In this document: one piece after another, positions 26,101-37,630 of the stretch | How positions within the stretch are numbered: position 1 is the first letter of the stretch | Layout of the letters: every line of letters begins with the position of its first letter | Assembly (NCBI GenBank): GCA_043228905.1 | Contig: JBHGNT010000004.1 | Coordinates: 5,766,001-5,830,000, forward strand | Direction: 5' to 3' | Origin: Azolla caroliniana | Lineage: Eukaryota; Plantae; Polypodiophyta | Length of the DNA: 64,000 bases | Translations under genes and position numbers: made by a program | The notes under the pieces: generated by a model | The model's input: the letters and a program-made list of their open reading frames with translations, nothing else | Database searches by the model: none | Told to the model about the DNA's origin: nothing

Positions 26101-27336
26101 AACCGAGAAGGCCGAAATGTCAAAAGTTCCTTATGCCTCGGATTTACGTGATGGTATGTACCAGGCGGACATATGATACATAGTCATCGTGGTTAGCCGA
26201 TATATGAGCAACCCTGGAAGAGAGCATTGGGCTACCGTGAAGTGGATACTTCGGTACCTAAAAGGCACCTCGAACGTGTGTCTTCATTTCAGTTTGGGTA
26301 ACCCCACACTGGAAGGTTATACTAACTCAGACATGTTGGCTGATGTGGATACTAGCCGATCCATGTTTGGGTACGTAATGACTTATGTAGGGGGACTTGT
26401 TTTGTGGCGGTCGAGGCTGCAGAAGGTTGCGGCGTTGTCGACCATGGAAGCCGAATATATGGTCGCAACGGAAGCCGACAAGGAAATCATATGGATGAAT
26501 GAGTTCATCGGTGAGTTGGGAATTCGACAGGAGGAATTCCAACTTCATTGTGATAACCATAGTGCGATCCACCTTGTGAAACATGCCACCTACCACTTGA
26601 GGACCAAACACATCCAGAGAAGATATCATTGGCTCCGAGAGCGAGTAGAAGAAAAAGAGTTGGCTCTAGTGAAGATCCACACGACTGAAAATGGATCGAA
26701 TATGTTGACGATGGTGCTGTCAGCTGAAAAGCTAAACGCGTGCCGAAAGAGAGTCGGTTTGGTGAAATACCCCATGCTGGAGTGAAGGGGGAGTTTGTTG
26801 GGAAAGATGTCCCTCTGGATGGGAAGAGAAGTATCGTGTTGGTGAGTATCTCAGCCAAGGTTGATAGGCCGAGGCCGAAACTGAAATCGAAATCGAAAAT
26901 CGAAATCGTTTCGGAAGACTATAATTGCAAATAGTCTAAAATGCTCCTTGGGGGCTATACTTGTAAATAGCCAGAAAGTTGCGTTTGCTTATAAACAACT
27001 AGGGCAAACTTTAGTAAGTGTAGTTGATCATTATTGTAATGTTAGAGTGAGGTAGTTGCCTCTGTAATCGTGAGTGAGAGATTGAGAGCATAACTTTGTG
27101 TCAGACGAAGGAGAACTCGAGGTCGTTGCCTCTGAGTTCCGTATTTGTACTTCCTCTCTACTATAGTGATCTGTTTTTCTCGAGGTTTGTGGACCCCCAT
27201 GATTGTTCCCATTTCGGGTTTTCCATGTAAAATATCGATTTCTCTGTGTCCTCACGTTTTTCGTCTGCGTACTAGCTCTTGGTTTCTGCACAAGAATACG
27301 AACATGTAACCGGTTGTGGCCGGTCGATTCCTAACA
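23153..27336 (+). mobile_element. Tork/Tnt1-like Copia element nested in the copia B LTR, internally deleted
   Basis: LTRs at 23153-23692 and 26796-27336. TSD CTTAG/CTGAG (one mismatch). PBS TGGTATCAGAGC at 23696 and PPT GAAGGGGGAG at ~26784-26793. Deletions lie near 24610 (PR to INT core) and 25447 (RT N-terminus). Confidence 0.95.
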
Positions 27337-27734
27337 CTGAGTACATACAAATGTGCTTACAGAGCACTTTAAATACAATCCCTGACAGGAAATTGACACA
27401 AGTACTGACAAGTACTTGAATGCTCATAAATGAGTGTCAGACAATATTTGAAGATAATATTCGTAATACTATGTTCGGCCCTAACAACTCTGTCGGCCTG
27501 TCGACTTCTTCAACCGATCCGACCTCCCGACCTTTAGCTGATCTGGCTCATGTTGATCTTGTCTCTCAACACTCCCCCTCAAGCTCAACTTGAGGTTGCT
27601 TATAAGCTTCAGTTGGTCGACTACTTCAGTTTCTCATGGCTTCATGCCTCGTTGCTCGTGCTCCATGACCCGTCTGGTCCCGCGCTCCTCAACCTGCCCC
27701 GTCGTATTGTCTGCTCTCAAGGCCCTTGTCGGCT

Positions 27735-28630
27735 TTCTCCTTGCCTCTACAGATTTAGTGCTCTTTGACCTATCAACTCCTCCATATCGGCGTTGGCTTC
27801 AGCTCCCTCCTTATCCGCTTGGCCTTGATATGATTCAGCTCGTCTCATCCGAATCATTCCCCTCAAGCGAATCGGTTGTCTCCAATTCATCTTCAAATCG
27901 ACCTTTGGCTATCTCAGCCCAAGTCTTCCTGGATTTCTTCTCCATTCCGGCTATGCCCCTATGTTCACTTGGATGTGGCTCGCTTGTTTGGACGCTCTCC
28001 CTAGAGTCGACTTGTCTTCCATTAGCTAATCTTCTTCTTGTCATTCTTTTGTCCGATTCGACTCTCTCGTGTTCAGCCTTCTCATCAAGTCGCACTTTGT
28101 GTCTCCCCCTAAAGTTCGACAAGTCAAGGTGCTGTAGACCAAGCATACCAAGGAATTGCCACAACTTGTCAAGTCCTAGAGGTTCTCCTTGCCTCTACGG
28201 ATTTAGTGCCCTTTGACCTGTCAACTCCTCCATATCGGCTTCGGGTTCAGCTCCCTCATACGTTTGGCCTTGATATGATTCAGCTCGTCTCGTCCGAATT
28301 ATTCCCCTCAAGCGAATCGGCTGTCTCCGATTCATCTTCGAATCAACCTTTGGCTATCTCAGCCCAAGTCTTCCCGGATTTCTTCTCCATTCCGACTATG
28401 CACCTATGTTCAGTTGGTTGTTGCTCGCTTGTTTGGATGCTCTCCCTACAATCGACTTGTCTTCCATTAGCTGATCTTCTTCTAGTCATTCTTTTGTCCG
28501 ATTTGGCTCTCTCGTGTTTGGCTTTCTCATAAAGTCTCACTTCGTGTCTCCCCCTAAAGTTCGACAAGTCAAGGTGCTATAGACCAAGCATACCAGGGAA
28601 TTGCCACAACTTGTCAAGTCCTAGAGGTTC
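27735..28630. repeat. ~448-bp tandem duplication of the copia B Pol end and 3' region
   Basis: TTCTCCTTGCCTCTAC.GATTTAGTGC starts at 27735 and 28183. Both copies end in GTCAAGTCCTAGAGGTTC, with TTC microhomology at the junction. Confidence 0.92.
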
Positions 28631-31049
28631 GGTGAAGACCTCGATCATCTGTTGATTTGTCGGAACATACACTAGTTCCACTCCACCAGAGAGAACATGC
28701 TCACGCACGAAGTGGTAATGCAATTTAATGTGCTTTGTTTGAGCGTGGAAGACGGGATTTTTAGCAAGTTGGATGCTGCTCAGGTTGTCACAATAGATCG
28801 TCGTCAGATCAGCAACCTCCACCCATTGATCCTTCAATAGCCGTTTTAACCAAATGGCTTCGCATGTTGCGACAATCACTCCTCTGTACTCGGTCTTGGT
28901 GCTCGACAATGCTAATATCAGCTGCTTCTTGCTGCACCAGGTGACTGCCACACTCCCTAAGGAGAATGCATATCTCGATGTCGATTGAAGATCACTTGTG
29001 CTTTTGGCCTAATCAATGTTTGTGTAGCTGACTAGATGTTTGGCTACACTTGTCTGATACAACATCCCACAATCCTTCGTGCCGCTGACATATCACAATA
29101 TCCGATATGCACATTGAAGGTGATCAGACGTTGGCTGCGACATGAATTGATTGATCAAGCCGACTGTGATAGCTGTGGTCTGGCCAGGTGATCGTCAGAT
29201 AGATAAGGCTTCCCACAATCTACCGGAACCATGTCACATCGCAAGCTGTCCTTGATTTATGGCAAAGCTTGACATTCTTGTGAAGAGGAGTTGAGATGGA
29301 TTTACAATTCGTAATGCCGAACTTGAAGAGCATATTCAACACGTAGTGTTGTTGGTTGATCAATATGCCTTTCGAGGTGCGTATCACTTTGATCCCGAGG
29401 AAGTAGTATATGATGCTGCCAACTGAGACCTCACGTGACCGATTTCCTTTAGGTCAGCGTCGACGATGACCAAGTCATCCACATATAGCAAAATTCTAAC
29501 CGGCCTATTCTAACCTGGCCGGATGAATAAGGACAAGTTTGACTTTGACAGAGCAAACCCCATCTACGCAAGCACTGCGTAATTTTGATGTTTCAAGCTC
29601 GGGGGGCTTGCTTGAGTTCGTAAAGGGATTTCTTTAGTCGGTACACTACTGAGTTGTTCATCTCAGATTGAAATCCGGGGGTTGTACGATGTACACTTTT
29701 CCTCAAGCTCACCTTGCAGGAACACGTTCTTTACATCCGTCTGATGCAGGCGCCATGTAGCAATGGCCAACAATATAGGCGCAAATGTCTGATCATAGTC
29801 TATTTTGTGTTGATGTGTGTAACCCTTGGCCACTAATTGGGCCTTTACTTGTTGATGGTGCCATCAGCATTGTACTTCTCTTTGAATACCCATCTACAAC
29901 TGATAGACTTCACACCTTTGGGGGGATCAACCAAGTCCCAACTCTCGTTTTCGGGCAACACATGCATTTCTTTCTCCATAGCCGATATCCAATTGGCATC
30001 ATGTGCCACCTCCGCATAGCTCTCCGGCTTGCGTATCTCTGCCACTTTCTTCATGTATGCATAATGATGGCCATGTACTCATTATACTCGTACAGGATGA
30101 CGGGGTTCTTACCGCGAGTTGACCGGTGCAACCTTTTGTTGGCTGTCTTCAAGGCATTTTTGGCCGAATCTGTCCTTAGTTCTTGAGGACCTCCATCAGT
30201 CACGACCCCATCGGATTCACTCCAATCCATGCTTGTTTCTATGCCGTATTTTGGCATCTTCTTATCTTCTTTGTCCCCTTCTCCTTGCGTGTTAGCCATC
30301 TCTTCGGCTATGTATGTGGGGATTGCACAACCGAGTCCTCATTGCTCGCCAACATGTCAAATGGTGTTACTCCCGGGCTGGACTAGCCTCTAACATAGGG
30401 TGTCCTTCCGGATCACGTCACCAAAGGGTGGTTATGGGGTAAGGATCCGACTCCACTTTGTTCATCACCAACACTTCCGGATCGGTTCCGAATAGATAAT
30501 CACATATAGTTGATTACACACGTAAGGTAAAGACAATAAGCACAAAACGGAATTGAACAGATACACAATAGTAACAAAACTCTCTTATATTAATTCACAC
30601 CCTTATACATCATTCTTCGGATCCTTTTATAGGTATCCGGTTCTGTTTACAAAACGGTGGCAATCGGCAACCGGCTATGAACCGGTCCGGATCCGGATCG
30701 GTACATTTTTTCCGGATCCGCCTGTTCCTATTATAATTCTCATTAATACCAATCTTAATAAATACGAAACCGGCTCTTCCCCAGACTACATTTCATACTT
30801 TGGCCACCGGCCAACAAATGGTTGGCCGTTTTGACTCAACTCCTCATTCAGCCATGTACTGTCCCATCGGCCAACACATGGGACGCCCGTGGGATAGTAC
30901 ATTGTACGTCGAACCCACATGTAGCTCCCTTAATCCTCATTGAGTAAGTCCAATATACTCTGATCCAGGGGTTCAAGCGGTCCCTCGCTTTGCTGTTCCG
31001 CATGCCCTTCTCCATCAACTTTAGCTGGTAACTCCGTCCTGGCATCCCT

Positions 31050-33576
31050 AGTCTGCTCCGGACCAGATTCTTCTTGCTGCTCTCCTCCGACTTCCTTCGG
31101 TGGCTGGTCCGGCTGCGACTATGGATTCATAGATGACTCCTCATCACTAATATTAATTGCCACCATCATTCGATCTGCCTCAAGCCGCCACCGCTCTCGT
31201 TCGAATCGCTCGAATTGGAGTTGTGTGCTGAGTTGATCGTCATCTAGTCTCTCGATCAACTGTCAGACCGCACTAAGATGAGCTCCCGCTAAGGACATGA
31301 AGTAGTCGGACAATTCTTCTCAAATGGTGACGATGCTTTCCTTGTCCATTTTGTAGAAATTGTTCCCGTCCTTCTTCCGGTTTTCGGCGTCCACTCGAAG
31401 GACCTGTAATTCTGCCGCTTGCCGCGACCACTGAGTTCCATCGAGCTTTCGTCAATATTCCTCTTCGTCCGTTCTTTCCATGCCGCCAGTATTGCTCGGA
31501 TCGAGCCTACTCCCAGCTTCGTGCTATCTTCCGCTATCTACTTCTCCTCTTTCAGCTTCTTAATCAATGCCATAGTAGCCTGGGCATGTACCCCGTATTC
31601 AATTAGTTGGGTCTAATAAGTCGTCTGAACCCTATTCAGAGCCATTTTGGCTGGTTCCATTTCCTCATAGTGTTGCCGGGTTAGTTGCGTCCTTTCTCTC
31701 GCCGCCTCCTCCAACACTTTTGCCGACTCAACCGCCTTTGGCTGTTCTTCTACCAATGTGTCTGACTTTTCAGCTACCTCCGCATGGAGTTCCCTCAACT
31801 TCTCTTGTTGCTGGTCCAATTCTGCCCCAAGCTTTTTGTGCTCCGCTAGTTGCTTGTGGTCCTGATGCAGTTTATCGAAGTCTTCCATTTTCTGTTTTAG
31901 CTTGCGGTTGATTTGAGAGCGAGCGTGATCCTCCCTATCCTTCTACTGTCAGAGTTTCTCCACCAGTCGTTCTATTTCTACTTCCACACTACGCCGGAGC
32001 TTGTCCTTTTCCTGCAGCAACTTGTCGCGTTCCTCTTTCAGCCAGTCGTTAGTGGTCTGACTCTTCCGGAGAGATTCTTCTATTCCCCGTTTCTCCTCCT
32101 CAGCTACTTTCTTTTGCTCTCTTTCTCTGCCCCTTAGGGCCTCTTGAGCGACCAATTCCTCTTTCTAGGTTGATAGTTCTTGTTCTTGCTCGGTATTATT
32201 GACCGGGGCTATGCTAGCCATCGGTTCCTCTGGTGCTTGTGTGTTAGTCGGTGCCACCGGCTTTGTGGTTTTGTTTGGCCCTACCTTGGCCATGCCGATT
32301 GCGTGTTCCTTGGCCTTCTCCAACTCTTCTTCTAAGCTTTAGATCCTCGTCCGGGAATTTCCTAATTCTTCAGTTATGGCGAACAACCGGTCCATTTGCA
32401 TCCTTTCTTCTTCCTCCATCCGGTTCACAACTCCTGATACCTACTCCCCTAGCCATCTCAACCATTGACTACATGTGTCGTGTTGTCTCAGTGCCACTGA
32501 CTCCGGCATTGGCTCCGGCATTGGATCTTTCCCTTGCAGCCCTTGTGCCTCCAACTCCAGAAGTCGTACCTCGTCTGGTTGTGCCTGTTGACCCGGTGAG
32601 ATATGGTCTGTCATAACTGGTTCTTGCAGAACCAATGCCACCATTTCTAGTCTTACAAAGACGGTTTTCGACCTTGTGTCCTCTACCGCGGAGCGGAGAA
32701 TTGGGGTGCTGTCCAGACTTGGGCCCGATCCTTCACCGTGTTGCTCCCTATCGCGTCTCTCTGATGACGTTGGAGGGTCTTTGCGGGTTCTTCCTCCGCG
32801 TCTTCCTCTACGGTTTCCTGGTTCATTCTTTGGACCAAGGTGTTCATCTCTCGGTCTTGCCGGCGCATCTTGATCTTGATGGGCTTGGCTTGCTTTTCCA
32901 CCGGCACCACTTTCTCCATCGGCTTCTTATGGTCCGATTGCTCCGTTTCCTATTGAGACGAGCCCCCTTCTGTCCAACCGGGGGTGTGCTTGGCGAGGAG
33001 CTACTGCCGTTTTGTTGTTTTATTCGGCGTTCTTTCTACCGATTGGCCCCGCTTCTTTGCTTGAATGGTTGGTGGCTAGGGCACCAGTAGGGTGAGCCAT
33101 TGCGCTACCGCGGTTTAGGCCTTCTTCTCGTCCACAATTGAGTGAACGGTCGTCCGCAAGGAATCTGCCACTATAACCGGCTAGTCCACCTTGACGCCTT
33201 CGTACATCGCAATGATAAAACCAGCTCTATTTGTAGGCATGGCCGGTGGACGAGGATGCACAAATCCATATTCGATTAACACCCGTGCCACCTCCCGCAG
33301 AGGGTCCTCGCTGGCTTGTGTATGGTATGCTTTGCTGGCTATGGAGTACTCTCCAAAGTACTCCGTCAGTGTCTCAGTGGAGGGGTTCTCAATGGAGTAG
33401 AGGCCTCATGCCGGTAGACCGGTAAGGGCCTACACCATGCTCTCTGTGATTTCCTCAAGGTCGATTTGTAACGAGACCCTCTCCGATTCTTCATGTGGTG
33501 GCGCCTCTCCTATCCGGAGGAATCCCTCCAATCCGTTTCTATTGAGCCAAGCTTTCGTCGCATCGGATAGAGCCAT
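31050..33576 (-). pseudogene. Decayed additional 3' ORF of the Athila-like element (~840 codons, C-terminal coiled coil)
   Basis: Starts MALSDATKAWLNRNGLEGFL at 33576 and reads through point-mutation stops (...YEGVKVD*PVIV...). E/K/Q-rich heptad segments occur in ORFs 31949-32155 and 31613-31888. The end coordinate is approximate. Confidence 0.7.
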
Positions 33577-36230
33577 TGGTCTCGTGTCTTCTTCTTTGCT
33601 TGCCCGCGCTCGTTCAGAAATTTGTAAGCGTCTCTGCTCTCTGAATATCCTATTTTCATGAAATGACGATGCCTCTGTTAACTGGATGTTTTGTGCCCCC
33701 ATCTTATCCAGCCGCCTTTTCTTGATTCCTCCGCATGCACGTCGTGTACCATAATAGTATTTGTACATTGCATGGTGCACTTTTAAATGACTGACATCAC
33801 GTCGTTTCGTGGTGACCGTCCTTTTCCTTCTTTTTCTTTCCATGCTGTTGAAAGTACTATTATTTGTCTGTAGTAACCGGCGATGCCGACTCTGGTGCAA
33901 GTTCACAGTCTTCCGTTTTCTTTTTCTGTTGCCCCAATAGATTCCTTGGCATTGGTCCGTAGTAGGGTTTTAACCGGAACCCATTAACCCACTTTTCTAG
34001 TACTTCATCGGCTAAAGTGCCCAGTTGGTAGGACCCTTTAAACTCTCTTTATCCAATATGGCCCGGTCTGCCGGAACCGTAGCTTCCCCGACATTTTCCC
34101 CATCTGGGTCTGGAATACTAAGACGGCTTTGCCGATCCCGAAATCTTTCTCGTTTCCCCGTCGGTGCCAGTCCACGAAAGCTTTTCTTCGTCGTTGCTCA
34201 AGTTCTAGTTGTAAGATACTCGCTATTCGGTGCTCTTCCAATTCGCACAATGCCGTCAGCCAGATTTTTTCCGATTCTTTTTCACTCAACCGTTGTCGAA
34301 CTTGTATTCATAAGCTAGGAATTTGGAATTCCATCGGCATGACCGCTTCTAACCCAAATGCTAACCGGAACGGTGTTGTCCAGATACTTGTCTTGTACGC
34401 CGTCTGGTATGCCCATAACGCATTTTGTAACTTTGTGTCCCAGTCAGTCCGGTTTTCATTGATGATCTTCCGGAGAATATTCTGGAGTGTCTTATTGGTG
34501 GATTTTGCTAGTTCATTGGCATGTGGATAGTACGGCGTGCTCTGTTTATGTACAACCGCGTAGAACGTTGTCAATCTTTCCACTACCTGGCCGAGGAAAT
34601 GACCACCCTAATCACTGATAAGTTCGATCGGGCAACCGTATCTGCACCAAATGTATTCATATAAAATTTTTGTTGTCGATGCTGCGGTGTTGTTTCTCAG
34701 AGCTTTGGCTTCTACCCACTTTGAACAGTAATCGGTCGCGACAATAATATACCGGTTGCCGGTTCGCATTGCCGATGGCTTGAATGGTCCTACAGAATCC
34801 AAACCCCCATTTTTGAAAAGGGTCCAATGGCAAGACAGGTTGATGAGGCATCCGTGCCTATTTTGTGGGTTGGCCTATCCGTTGACAGAGTTCATATTCC
34901 TTGGCATACCGGATCGCATCTTTCAGGATTGTCAGCGACCATAATCCACTTCTCCAAATTTTTCTTGTTGTAGCGTCCCCAACATAGTGGTCTCTCGTCA
35001 CTCCGCAATGGGCTTCCCTAGGATTGCGTCCTTTTCGTCGCTCCGGACTGCGCGTCGCCATATTCTGTCGGCTCCCTTGTGGTACAACGTGTCTTGTAAT
35101 AAACAAAAATGACGGCTTTGGACTGCCAACCATTTTCGTTTGTCCCGGTTCAATTCTTCCTAAGGCAATCTGGTGCTCAAGAACTGCTGCATGTTAGTGA
35201 GGCATTTATCGTCACTGGCCATCGTTTCGTCGATGGCTGGGTCCGCGGTGACTTTGAATAGCTCTGCATTCGGGAACTCATCCCAGACTCTGTCTCCTGC
35301 TTCACCGGACTCTAATAGGCTCAAATAGTTGGCTACCACATGTTGCACTCCTGGCCAATGGTATCTCAAATTCAAACTCTTGTAGTAACAATGTCCACCG
35401 CGCTAGTTTCGCGATTAAGGATTCTTTCGAGATCAAGTATAGTAGCGCCGAATGATCCACATGAAAAGAAAATTTCTGTCTTAGGCGGTAATGACGATAC
35501 TTTGTTACGGTATAGATCATCCCGAGGGCCTCTCTCTCCATAGTCGAGTAGTTCCGTTTGGTCTTCGAGAGTTTCTGGCTGGCGTAGTACACCAGCCAGT
35601 GCCGTCTTGGTTCGGTAAGCTACATGAGAACACTACCGATAGCTATATCGGACGCGTCCACGATCACATGAAAATCCTTGGTCCAATCCGGAGGTTGCAC
35701 AACATCACCTTCAACACGTGGTATGCCTTATCTTCTTGCTCTGTCCATTGGAATGGAGTTCGGTGTACGACAACATGTAATAGGGTGGCGAAGTCAGCCA
35801 AATACCAGAACATCCGGCTGTGCCACTGGATCTGCCCTAAAAACCGACTTAATGCTTTAGCGTTTTCCGGGGCTGGAGCTTCCAAGATGGCCTTCACTTT
35901 ATCCGGTTCAATAGCAATTATGTCCCTACTCACGATGTGTCATGATATGGCAAGACTCGAACCCATGACCTTATGCTGCATGGGTCGAGCTCTTGACCAT
36001 TAGACTATACATTGTAATACGTAGAATATTATTTTCATTTATGTTTTATTATAGAAAATTGATGTATATTCCAGATTTCTTTGGAACATTCTAGAAACTT
36101 CAGGAGTATTCCTTAGAACACTATAAAAGGAGGCACAAGGAATTATTTCGAACCAAATCGGTTCAACGCCAGTCTTAAGCCTCCTAGCTACTGTACATTT
36201 TCTTCACATAATATATATCTTTTCTTATCA

Positions 36231-36274
<44 letters not shown>

Positions 36275-36375
36275 TCACTCACTCTTTCCTTCTCTCGAGA
36301 GTTCTTCACCTCTCTTAGTACTAATACTTCTTTTAGTACTAATTCCTTCTCTGTCTTAGTACTGTTCCTGACAAT

Positions 36376-36387
36376 TTGAACCGATTT
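36376..36387 (+). promoter_or_regulatory. Self-priming PBS complementary to the LTR R-region start
   Basis: TTGAACCGATTT is the exact reverse complement of AAATCGGTTCAA at 36155-36166, ~30 nt downstream of TATAAAA (36122). No TGG-type tRNA PBS is present. Confidence 0.85.
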
Positions 36388-37585
36388 TCCTACTTTCTGT
36401 CTCTCTCATTTCCTACTAATCTCTTATTCCTCTTTTCTTTCATCCCATGGCCACTGTTAACGCTGAAGAATATCAATCTGTTTTCTCAGAATTTCAATGC
36501 TTGAAAGAGAAGTTCCATGCTTTGGAACAAGAAAACCAACGGTTCCTAGGGGATCTTCAGCAAATCTCCTTAGAAAAGCAGCAAACGCAACAACAGCATG
36601 GGGAACTTGCGTTACGCGTGCAACAACTCGAAGCAACCATCGTAGCGATGCAACAACAAGGGCCTGGAACACAAGGGATTCATAAAGAACCCAAGATTGG
36701 CCTTCCCACGAAGTTCGATGGAACGCGATCGCAGTTTAGAGGGTTCCTTAACCAGGTACGATTAGTTATTCAAATGCATCCTTCCCGGTATCCCACCGAT
36801 GCATCACGAGTGGGTTTAGTAGGCCCTTTGTTAAGTGGCTCAGCGTTGGCATGGTTCGCTCCACTATTAGAAAAGGAATCCCCGTTACTCAACAATTTTG
36901 AAGAGTTTCTAGGTGAGTTTAAAGAATGTTTCGGAGATACTGACAACATTAGGACCGCAATCAACAAAATTCGGCGATTACGCCAAGGTGATCGTCCAGC
37001 CTCCGCATATGCTGCAGATTTTCGCCTACTCGCCGCTGATATCCCTTGGGATGATCAAGCGTTGATGGAGCAATTCTGTTATGGTTTACGCAACGACGTC
37101 AATGATTTACTCTTGACCTTCCCCGAAGAGCCAAAGTCCTTAACAGAAGCAATCAGTCACGTAGTGAGATGTGACAACCGCCTCTTTGAGCGACATTCGG
37201 AACGACAATTACAGATGCCGAGGGCAAGATCAGAGCCCACCTACGCCTCAGTGGTAGCAAGACCTTTTCCGAGGGAGTCATATAATGCGCCTCCAGCGAA
37301 TACTCCGACTCCGATGGAGATTGACACTACACGTCGTCGAGGGCCATTATCCGAAGAAGAAAAGCAGCGACGCCGTACAAATTGACTATGTCTTTACTGC
37401 GGTGGACCAGGACATATTGCAATAAATTGCCCCCATATGCCAAGAAGACAAGTAAACCAAATAGTCGCTAGTTCTAATTGTACTAAACCCGAGCCTATTT
37501 CAGTAGGGATATCTGATAGTCCTAATAGTACTAATAGCCCAGATCTAGCGAACAGATTTGATGTCCTTAGTCAGTTAGAAGAAGA

Positions 37586-37630
37586 GTTAAACGACTAAGT
37601 CCAGCCAAAATAGGAGCCGTTTGGTTGGAC
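37586..37630 (+). promoter_or_regulatory. -1 ribosomal frameshift signal at the gag-pol junction
   Basis: G_TTA_AAC lies in the gag frame, followed by a 6-nt spacer and an 11-bp stem GTCCAGCCAAA/TTTGGTTGGAC. The -1 frame is open into the protease ORF 37625-38101. Confidence 0.8.

Larger units (their letters stand above)
22998..30364 (-). mobile_element. Ty1/Copia element (copia B, related to copia A): 3' LTR, RH and RT; resumes at 51825-51957
   Basis: The LTR end TGTAAAAGAATAGCGTGCGGAAGC resembles copia A. The LTR is split into 22998-23152 and 27337-27571, with the PPT at 27572-27581. RH (AKNPVFHAQTKHIK) and RT remnants follow, and the linker LASNEDSVV..KRWLTRKEKG continues as [17 protein letters not shown] after the Gypsy insertion. 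Confidence 0.9.
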
